DNA from: Promethearchaeota archaeon
GTDB taxonomy: Archaea; Asgardarchaeota; Lokiarchaeia; Sigyniarchaeales; Promethearchaeaceae
NCBI GenBank assembly: GCA_016933055.1
Contig: JAFGBS010000021.1
Location: 1 to 32,000 of the forward strand
Length of the DNA stretch: 32,000 nucleotides
Reading direction: 5' to 3'
In this document: in pieces, positions 1 to 7,135 of the stretch
Position numbering within the stretch: the first letter of the stretch is position 1
Layout of the letters: each line of letters opens with the position of its first letter
Notes under the pieces: generated by a model
Databases searched by the model: none
The model's input: the letters and a program-made list of their open reading frames with translations, nothing else
What the model was told of the DNA's origin: nothing
Position numbers and translations under genes: made by a program

Positions 1-96
1 AACTTCCTCTTCTTCTTCCAGTTCTGGCTCCGGTTCCTCTTCCACTACTTCCTCCTCGATAACTTCCTCTTCTTCTTCCAGTTCTGGTTCAGGCTC
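1..96. repeat. 60-bp-period coding tandem repeat (20-aa unit PEPELEEEEEVIEEEVVEEE), at least 1.6 copies visible
   Basis: Positions 1-27 are identical to 61-87 (aacttcctcttcttcttccagttctgg), and similarity continues to about 36/96. Confidence 0.9.
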
Positions 97-615
97 GGGT
101 TCAGGCTTTGGAGCCAGAGTTGGAACTGGAATGGGAACAGGAGTTGGACTTGGTTTTACTTCCTCTTTTACTGGTTTTGGAATGGGGAGTGGAGGTGCAC
201 CAACATCTCGTTTTGCTCGCACAATACTAAATCCTAAACCAACTAAAAAACCATACAAGGATCCAATTCCCCAACCAGCGAAAATAGCCAACTCAGTAAC
301 GCCGGAAAATCTTAATGGTAATCCAGTAAAATTCGGAACTGCTAATTCTATACCCACCAAGGTGGCAAAATTTTCTGAAGAAATAAAGATTGCTGCGAAA
401 TATAAGAGTGGACTTAATAAACTGCATAACCAGCATCTAGATAAGAACGGAAAAACCAGCACTATAATCCCAGTTAAGATAAGAAATCCAAGTTCTGTTA
501 TCTCTAAGGGATCAGAAATTCCTAATAGACCTCGAACAATCACATATGTAAAACCCGCAACAACAGACACAATTGGCGGGAGTATCTTCCATAATACATG
601 TGGTTTTTTTGACAT
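1..615 (-). CDS. Membrane protein (partial, C-terminus runs off the left edge): about 4 N-terminal TM segments, then a Pro-rich linker and acidic repeats
   Basis: Manual translation of the minus strand from ATG at 615 gives 205 codons with no stop (MSKKPHVLWKILPPIVSVVAG...APPLPIPKPVKEEVKPSPTPVPIPVPTLAPKPEPEPEPELEEEEEVIEEEVVEEEPEPELEEEEEV). GAGGA RBS-like motif upstream. Absent from the ORF track because the stop lies outside the window. Confidence 0.85.
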   Translation of the reverse strand, partial: MSKKPHVLWKILPPIVSVVAGFTYVIVRGLLGISDPLEITELGFLILTGIIVLVFPFLSRCWLCSLLSPLLYFAAIFISSENFATLVGIELAVPNFTGLPLRFSGVTELAIFAGWGIGSLYGFLVGLGFSIVRAKRDVGAPPLPIPKPVKEEVKPSPTPVPIPVPTLAPKPEPEPEPELEEEEEVIEEEVVEEEPEPELEEEEEV

Positions 616-914
616 TTTTATATCCTCATTGATAGTTTTGGTGATTAATAGTGATTTTAAATAATCTATGAATTATTTAATCGATAAGATTTTAGTTGTA
701 AGACTATAAATATGTTCCTTTTTGATAGGAAATGAATAAATTGGTAGATTATTTGTTCAAATGAAAGCTTGATAAAAGAATAACAGATCTTTAATGAAAA
801 ACTACCGATATTTTATCTTTTCTATCATTTCATAGGAATTATGTTATATTGTGGGTTGATTATGGGAATTTGCCTTGAATAGAACAAGTCTTGATATCAA
901 CTAATCAATTTTGT

Positions 915-1125
915 ACCCAAAACCCCCAATAGTACGAACTACGCTAAAAGCTTATCCGTGAGGTAACCGTATAGGTTATTTGGCGTGGGTGTGCCCTAGT
1001 ACCTATCAAATTTTGCCTTAAACGCAACCCATGGGGTCAATTAAGTGACCGAAAATTTTGCCTATGGGCAACATCCGTATCTTCCATTGATAGTGCATTC
1101 TGGTTATGCCACGATGTGGAATACT
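915..1125. ncRNA. Candidate structured non-coding element of unknown family
   Basis: About 43% GC by hand count, higher than the flanking AT-rich intergenic DNA. No convincing ORF in any frame. Several stems: ATAGGT/ACCTAT, GGTCA/TGACC, TTGCC/GGCAA, TTCCA/TGGAA. Confidence 0.2.
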
Positions 1126-1275
1126 GTAATATAATGAATTTAATGCGTTAGAATCCATAAAGGAGCGATTAATTTGTGGATAGATGTTGATTAGTCAAAA
1201 TATGTTCAAAATATCCAGATTGTGAGTCGGATAGAAGATTGATTTGATACTTATTTGGTATTACTTTATTGAATT

Positions 1276-1288
1276 AAAAAAAAAAAAA
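1276..1288 (-). terminator. Oligo(T)13 archaeal-type terminator of the hydrolase gene
   Basis: A13 run on plus (T13 on minus) starting 16 nt after the stop at 1304. Confidence 0.55.
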
Positions 1289-1303
1289 TTAGTTTTCAGT
1301 ATT

Positions 1304-3184
1304 TTAGAACATAATGTAACTGGTTACCATCATCCATGTTGCAATTGAGGAACAGATGATAGACCCCAACCACATTTTACCCGTTTTTCTAAAGAATATC
1401 ACAAGAATCAAGAAATAACCAGCAGCGATTGGATAGAAACTCCAAAGTTGTAAAACGTTCATAGGTGCAATAGACCAATCATTTAGGAAAGGGCCAGTTA
1501 AACCAATATACATTGGAACGTATTGTAAAATGTTAAGTAATAATAAACCGGTTAACATAACAACACAAATCTTAATCCACCAGATGAATACCGTTCCAGC
1601 TTCGGTTTTTTGTTCCTTTTGTCGCATCATTCCAAACATCCAAATTCCAGCATTAAATATGAAGAATAACAATACTCCAGGGAAATAATACCAGAATGTG
1701 ACAGCTCTCTCCCAAGTCATCAATTTCAAACCAGACCATGGACCTCGTAGCTCTACATTCAAAAATGAAGCAGCAAAGGTTACACCATACATATAGAGGA
1801 AAATTGCCATTGCAATAAGTAATGTTTTTCCGAAAATACGCCATCCATGTGGTTTTTCATACCCTTCTGTAAGATCATCCTCTCGCATATTGAATGTAAC
1901 TCCTAATTCGTAAAATCCAACTCGTTTTGGACGATAAATTACCAAAGACCAGAAGAGAACAATTAAGATCATTACTCCCGCGTTTACAAGGTAAAAAGCC
2001 AGGAAATCGTTTGCAATACCACTTCGATATATATTTGGCAAAGCTTCTCCAATCATGGTTCCATCAAAAACCCAATCTCCCGCTCTTGGTCCATCGTTAT
2101 AATATTCGGTATTAAATGTATAAGTTAAGAAACCTATTGTAGCATTAACTAAACCGAAGATCCACCAAACTGTTGTGCTTGGAGCGTAAGTTTCCCGATA
2201 TTTAGGCATGGGTTGTGCAACTTCTCCGAAAAATTTAATTTGCATTAATAGAATTGCTGATGGAATAATCGAGAATATCAACCCCGCCATGGAAATAACT
2301 CCGAATAAATCTGCAAGCCAGTATACCATATTATTCTTATTTGAACATTCAAATGCGTCGGCTTCATTATAGTCTAGTAATGATTGCATGAAGAATGCGG
2401 TTATTGCTGCTGTGGATTTTCTAGAATGAGTCTGACCAGGATGTGTTTTTTTAAGTAGCTCAAATCGAGAAGCTCCTGTTGTAAAATCTCCATACGTAGT
2501 ATCATAAGCAGGATCTGTTACTCCAACATATGCCCCGATGGCATCTAGCCCCCTTTGGAGGAATTCATCAATTTGTTCATCTGATTCCCTTCCAAATTCT
2601 TCTCCCCAACTCGATACATGTAATACATCAATAGTGGGATTTCCAAATTTGATAAAATTCAAATAACCAGTTAACATGGACGGACTGAATGCAATTGGAG
2701 CAATAGCCTCTATATGTGGATAACTTAAGGCTAATAGTATAGTATAAAATGCGCCCATACTATGACCAGTTACGCCAATTTTATTCGGATCGACAAAGGT
2801 TAGATTTCCTAACCAATTCAGAGCTGCGGCAGGTGTAGGATTTACTTCAGTTGTATTTGCATAATCTGAATCTCCATGGTTAAGTACATCAATAGCTAAT
2901 ACCACTATACCCCTTTTCGATAATTCGATGCTATGAGGTCTCTGAACATCTTTATCATTATTATAACCATGGATCGCAAGCACTCCGGGGGCAGGATTTG
3001 TATCATCAACTCCTTCAGGAACGTATAATTTACCTCTCAGAGTATATTCTCCATCTTGGATTTCCACTTTCTTGACATCGACAGACCACCAAGTACTCTG
3101 AACTCCCGAAGAAATAACGAATCCTGCAACTGTCATCACAAATAAAATACCGAAAGCAATTGCAGCTTTAGTAGTTTTTCCCAT
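1304..3184 (-). CDS. Alpha/beta-fold serine hydrolase fused to a C-terminal multi-pass membrane domain
   Basis: N-terminal signal/anchor, LAIHGY oxyanion-type motif, GHSMG nucleophile elbow, candidate catalytic His in THPGQTH, and roughly 8-9 hydrophobic helices in the C-terminal half. ATG at 3184 preferred over the track's TTG at 3193. Confidence 0.85.
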   Translation of the reverse strand: MGKTTKAAIAFGILFVMTVAGFVISSGVQSTWWSVDVKKVEIQDGEYTLRGKLYVPEGVDDTNPAPGVLAIHGYNNDKDVQRPHSIELSKRGIVVLAIDVLNHGDSDYANTTEVNPTPAAALNWLGNLTFVDPNKIGVTGHSMGAFYTILLALSYPHIEAIAPIAFSPSMLTGYLNFIKFGNPTIDVLHVSSWGEEFGRESDEQIDEFLQRGLDAIGAYVGVTDPAYDTTYGDFTTGASRFELLKKTHPGQTHSRKSTAAITAFFMQSLLDYNEADAFECSNKNNMVYWLADLFGVISMAGLIFSIIPSAILLMQIKFFGEVAQPMPKYRETYAPSTTVWWIFGLVNATIGFLTYTFNTEYYNDGPRAGDWVFDGTMIGEALPNIYRSGIANDFLAFYLVNAGVMILIVLFWSLVIYRPKRVGFYELGVTFNMREDDLTEGYEKPHGWRIFGKTLLIAMAIFLYMYGVTFAASFLNVELRGPWSGLKLMTWERAVTFWYYFPGVLLFFIFNAGIWMFGMMRQKEQKTEAGTVFIWWIKICVVMLTGLLLLNILQYVPMYIGLTGPFLNDWSIAPMNVLQLWSFYPIAAGYFLILVIFFRKTGKMWLGSIICSSIATWMMVTSYIMF

Positions 3185-3393
3185 AATAATCAACTTTTTT
3201 TTTAATTATTACTACAACAAATTTATTGCTGTCAAAATCTCCCTCATAAACCTTATAAAATTTGTGCAGTATTTTTAAGAGAAATAGATATTCAAGAAAT
3301 AAAGGTTTGTGCTTTGTAAAATTGTTGACAAAATTGAAGTCTATTCGAAACCAAATAAAATATAAAATCTGCAAGAATTATACCTAATGATTC

Positions 3394-4038
3394 TCAGAGA
3401 TTTTTAGGACCTATTCGATCTTTCGGACTAGCAATTAGGAACATCAACAAAGTACGTTTATATTTATCTACATGTTTTCTATCAAATTTCTTCAATTTCT
3501 CGTTCATATCTTTAAGGATGTTTCGAATTTCTTCCATCTCTTCCGAACTATTTATACGAAGTTCATATATACTTGCATAAAAGCCTAACAACTCCTTTTT
3601 GTGCTTAGAAACGTCATCAAAAAGGTTAATATTCCTTTCTAAATATTGAGCGGATAAATAAGAAAGGAGATTTGCTTGAAATCCAATCACACGTTGAATA
3701 TTAGCAACCATTCTAACAAAATCTTCTTTATCTATATTAGAGTCTTTTAAGGTGTCTTTTTTCAAAGTTATTTCATTATCAGTGTCGTTCAATAATGATG
3801 AAACATACTCCGTTAATCGATAATATTTTCCCGTTTTTTCTGCTGTCATTATTGAATCAAGTTCGATTTGATTCTGTGCAAGCATTTCTCTTAAATGGCC
3901 AAATAATGTGGATTTGGGCTTATTTAATAGTTCATGCATAGTTTCAAGGTTTAAGGGACCAAACATATCAATCAGAAACATTATATTAGTTTTTACTTCA
4001 TCTTCGAATAATTTCGTAAGTTCGGCAATATGGTCCAT
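3394..4038 (-). CDS. Winged-helix (ArsR-like) transcriptional regulator
   Basis: HTH-like segment LNLETMHELLNKPKSTLFGHLREM followed by wing GKYYRLT; divergent from an MFS gene. ATG at 4038 has a GGAG RBS; the track's start at 4110 would overlap the operator. Confidence 0.75.
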   Translation of the reverse strand: MDHIAELTKLFEDEVKTNIMFLIDMFGPLNLETMHELLNKPKSTLFGHLREMLAQNQIELDSIMTAEKTGKYYRLTEYVSSLLNDTDNEITLKKDTLKDSNIDKEDFVRMVANIQRVIGFQANLLSYLSAQYLERNINLFDDVSKHKKELLGFYASIYELRINSSEEMEEIRNILKDMNEKLKKFDRKHVDKYKRTLLMFLIASPKDRIGPKNL

Positions 4039-4084
4039 TTTATCAACTCCCTTATATGATAAGAAATGATTTCGCAAACATTTA

Positions 4085-4134
4085 AATATTCGGAAATCGA
4101 ACTTGTTCATATATTGAATATTCGGAAATCGAAC
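4085..4134. promoter_or_regulatory. Tandem operator: two identical 18-mers AATATTCGGAAATCGAAC, each with a TTCG-N5-CGAA dyad
   Basis: Copies at 4085-4102 and 4117-4134, 32-bp period, in the divergent regulator/MFS promoter region. Confidence 0.75.
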
Positions 4135-4155
4135 AATTTCATATGATGAACTAGT

Positions 4156-5523
4156 GTGAAAAATGTGAATAAAACAAAATCAGAGAAGGGTTATTTACGA
4201 TTTTTAACAGGACAGATCATTTCGTTATTAGGATCCGAAATAGTTGGTTTTGTTCTGGGAGTATATTTAGCACAACAATATGGAAATGCTTTCTTTTTTG
4301 CTATTTCCATGATTTTACAGTTTTTACCCCGTGTTATTGTCAGTCCTATTGCGGGAGTTTGGGCGGATAAAAGGAACAGAAAACGAATTGTGATCAGCAG
4401 TGATTTAGTACAAGCAGTGATTACTACCTGCTTAGTTGCTTTGTTTAATCTTAATCGAATATTTACTTGGACATTTTGGGCTGTTGGTGAGATCTGGATT
4501 ATTTTTGGATTTATTCTTTTACGTTCAATATTTCAAGCAATCCAAGGACCCTCAGTATCTTCTATTTTGCCAAGCATAGTACCCCCGGAAAAATTATCGC
4601 GATTAAACGGATTATTACAGTTTGCAATGGGAATTATCGGGTTAATTGCCCCTATAGTTTCAGCAGTACTCATTAATTATTGGAAAGTATATAATTTGTT
4701 ATGGATTGATTCTATAACCTTTATAATTGCTTTACTGTTCATTTTGACAGTACACATACCGAGTACACCGAGATCAGTTCAAGATGAGCAAATAAGTCCT
4801 ATTCAAGAAAAACGGCTGAAGAAATTTGCCAGGGATTTTTCTGCGGGGATTTTTGTAACAAAGGAGATCGAAGGTCTATCATCTCTACTCGCTGTATTCG
4901 TGTTAGCAAATATTCTGGTCACACCGATAAACATTTTAAGTGAATTACTTGTATTACAAATACATGGAGGTTCGATAACTGATCTAGCATTAATTAGTGT
5001 TGCTTTCTCTGTAGGTATGATTGGAGGTAGTCTAATTTCATCCATCGTAAAATCTTGGAAATATCTCATTGCTACTATGTTTATAGGTATAATTGGGTTG
5101 TATACGGGACTATTAGTGGTAGGAATCGCACCAATAGGTAATTTCTGGGTCATTGCAGTAGGTGGATTTATTACTACATTTGGTATTCCCATTTTTAGTA
5201 CTATTGCTGTAACGATGATCCAATTAATTGTACCTAATGAAAAAATGGGACGATTTTCTGGTTTTATGAGTGCGTTAACCTCCATTTTTACTCCTATTGG
5301 GTATCTTATATCGGGTGCATTAGCTCAAATTATATACATTCCATTTGTATTAATCGGGGCATCCGTTCTTGCGATTATTGTTATGATTCTTATGTGGAGT
5401 TTCAGCCAGATTAGAAGACTAGAACCTCAAGTAAAAGAAAAACTGGCATTAGCAAAAATAAAAGCCGAACAGAAAAGAACATCGCAATCTCAAGATGATA
5501 TAGGTGCAATTGTGGAAAACTGA
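4156..5523 (+). CDS. MFS transporter, DHA3/macrolide-efflux-like
   Basis: About 12 TM segments; motif A GVWADKRNRKRIV; PPEKLSRLNG and VPNEKMGRFSG repeats of the MFS_3 type. Confidence 0.9.
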   Translation: MKNVNKTKSEKGYLRFLTGQIISLLGSEIVGFVLGVYLAQQYGNAFFFAISMILQFLPRVIVSPIAGVWADKRNRKRIVISSDLVQAVITTCLVALFNLNRIFTWTFWAVGEIWIIFGFILLRSIFQAIQGPSVSSILPSIVPPEKLSRLNGLLQFAMGIIGLIAPIVSAVLINYWKVYNLLWIDSITFIIALLFILTVHIPSTPRSVQDEQISPIQEKRLKKFARDFSAGIFVTKEIEGLSSLLAVFVLANILVTPINILSELLVLQIHGGSITDLALISVAFSVGMIGGSLISSIVKSWKYLIATMFIGIIGLYTGLLVVGIAPIGNFWVIAVGGFITTFGIPIFSTIAVTMIQLIVPNEKMGRFSGFMSALTSIFTPIGYLISGALAQIIYIPFVLIGASVLAIIVMILMWSFSQIRRLEPQVKEKLALAKIKAEQKRTSQSQDDIGAIVEN

Positions 5524-5562
5524 CAATCTAAAATGTTCTATTGACAATCTAATATATTCTAG
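5521..5562. repeat. Imperfect 21-bp tandem repeat (18/21 identical)
   Basis: tgacaatctaaaatgttctat (5521-5541) followed by tgacaatctaatatattctag (5542-5562). Confidence 0.7.
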
Positions 5563-5624
5563 TATAGTTATTTTACTTTTTTAGAATCCCAAAACTTTAA
5601 TTTTTTTCCTACTACTCCAACTCA

Positions 5625-6563
5625 ATGTCTGAATATCCCAACGAATTTAGTGATCTCTCTGATACTCAAAAAATGGGCAGAAGTATGCGATTCTTCGGAT
5701 TTAGTCGTATTATAATTTTATTAAGTTCGTTTATAATTATTTCCATTGGCACCTCTATAGCGATGAAAGGAGTTGATATGGAACAAGATTTTGAAGTAGT
5801 AACTGAGATTGTAGAAATAGCTCTATTAGAATTTATGGGGCAGCTATGGGTCATGATCTATCTATATGCCTTTGAAGCGTTGGTGATAGCTGGTTTGGGA
5901 TATTTTGTGTATAATGTATACTCTGTTCACCAAATCCATAGAGAGGATGAAAATATTACACGAGTGTTTTATTTATTATTAACTGGTTTTATAACATCAG
6001 TGGCTCAATTTGCTCTTAGTATTTTTAGTGGAACAAGTATTTTGTTGATTTGGATAGTTTTACTACTGAATTTTGTGGTATCCGGACTTGCAATAGCCGC
6101 ATACTTTTTTTTACAAAGGTGGGGAACGGTATATGAACAACAAATGGGAGTAAGTCTACCATTATTATCTAGCAGATTCCGCAGGTTAATGATTGGAGAA
6201 TTTTTAGTGCTTTTAGGGATAATTTTTAATTTTTCATCACTCATTATTTCAGATCCAACAACTATGGGAGCAATTGGAGGATATCTTGGGGTATTTACAA
6301 TATTTGGTGAGATATTGGTCGCAATTAATTTAATCAAGGCTGGTAAGATACTAGAACTAAATACTCTTCCACAAACGCAACTATTTCCATCTAGGGAGTT
6401 GGACCAATCTTCAGAGTATCCTGAATATCCTGAATATAAACCACCACAGAGGTTATTCCCCGACAAAGCTTATTTCTGCCCATCTTGTGGAGCTAAGCTC
6501 GAAAGTGAGAGTCAAGATTTTTGTATGAGGTGTGGAAAACCAATTCCACATCCCAAGGATTAA
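5625..6563 (+). CDS. Multi-pass membrane protein with a C-terminal zinc ribbon
   Basis: About 6 TM helices, then an EYPEYPEY linker and FCPSCG-x8-FCMRCG. Confidence 0.85.
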   Translation: MSEYPNEFSDLSDTQKMGRSMRFFGFSRIIILLSSFIIISIGTSIAMKGVDMEQDFEVVTEIVEIALLEFMGQLWVMIYLYAFEALVIAGLGYFVYNVYSVHQIHREDENITRVFYLLLTGFITSVAQFALSIFSGTSILLIWIVLLLNFVVSGLAIAAYFFLQRWGTVYEQQMGVSLPLLSSRFRRLMIGEFLVLLGIIFNFSSLIISDPTTMGAIGGYLGVFTIFGEILVAINLIKAGKILELNTLPQTQLFPSRELDQSSEYPEYPEYKPPQRLFPDKAYFCPSCGAKLESESQDFCMRCGKPIPHPKD

Positions 6564-6773
6564 TGCATCATAATATCCTTTTGCCATTAAGAACAAGGTA
6601 AAGCTACTGTGATCTACTTACTGTAAAATACAAAAACTAAAACTTTTTTAAAACGCATTAAAGATCATCCATAGATGTAACAAATCGTCTATTGGTAATT
6701 TGCTACTACGCTATTTCTCATATGGAGAATTGCGACGTGAGTTTTCCATAAAGTCGATTGAAATTTCATCGAA

Positions 6774-6781
6774 TTATATAA
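6774..6781 (+). promoter_or_regulatory. TATA-box-like element (TTATATAA) of the csp gene
   Basis: About 30 nt upstream of ATG 6812; the perfect palindrome TGAAATTTCA (6759-6768) lies just upstream. Confidence 0.4.
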
Positions 6782-6811
6782 CAAAAAAAAAATTTTATAA
6801 AGTGGTTTTGC

Positions 6812-7069
6812 ATGCCATCAGGTACGGTTAAATAGTTCAACCCTAAGAAAGGATACGGGTTCATCATCCCCAATGATGAAGCATATGAAAAAGAGATTTT
6901 TGTCCACTATTCCACGATCGAAACAAAAGGAGAGGGATTCAAAAGTCTCAATCCAGACGATAAAGTGGAATTTGAGGTTGAAGAAACTGAAAAAGGATTA
7001 GAAGCACGTAAAGTAGTGGTAATAGAGAAAGCCTCTGCACCTATTCGTCAAAGATCCGAACCATATTAA
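6812..7069 (+). pseudogene. cspA: Cold-shock domain protein (CspA family) with an in-frame TAG at codon 8: nonsense allele, sequencing error or amber readthrough
   Basis: Translation MPSGTVK*FNPKKGYGFIIPNDEAYEKEIFVHYSTIETKGEGFKSLNPDDKVEFEVEETEKGLEARKVVVIEKASAPIRQRSEPY. RNP1 KGYGFI and RNP2 IFVHYS are intact; TAG at 6833-6835 replaces the W of GTVKWFN; terminal TAA at 7067-7069. Confidence 0.9.
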
Positions 7070-7099
7070 AGAAATAGAAATATTCTTTTCCTTCTAGAA

Positions 7100-7131
7100 T
7101 TATTTTTTTTATTTTATTTTTTCCTAATTTT
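7100..7131 (+). terminator. T-rich terminator region downstream of csp
   Basis: T8 and several shorter T runs between the convergent csp and acyl-CoA synthetase genes. Confidence 0.4.
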
Positions 7132-7135
7132 TACT

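Noticed and set aside
131-664. 177-aa plus-strand ORF in the track
   Set aside because: Antisense shadow of the 1-615 minus-strand membrane protein, which has an RBS, TM helices and a coherent repeat.
925-1000. Minus-strand words ACACCC, CACGGAUAAGC, GCGU and GUACU reminiscent of archaeal 5S rRNA
   Set aside because: The conserved loop C (CCCAUCCCGAAC) and a closing terminal helix are absent; spacing does not fit.
3168-3374. 68-aa minus-strand ORF
   Set aside because: AT-rich promoter region of the hydrolase gene, overlapping its start; no RBS or recognisable motif.
6672-6685. 14-mer TAGATGTAACAAAT also found at 19096-19109, both intergenic
   Set aside because: A rough estimate gives several chance 14-mer repeats in 32 kb at this composition; no symmetry and no functional link between the downstream genes.
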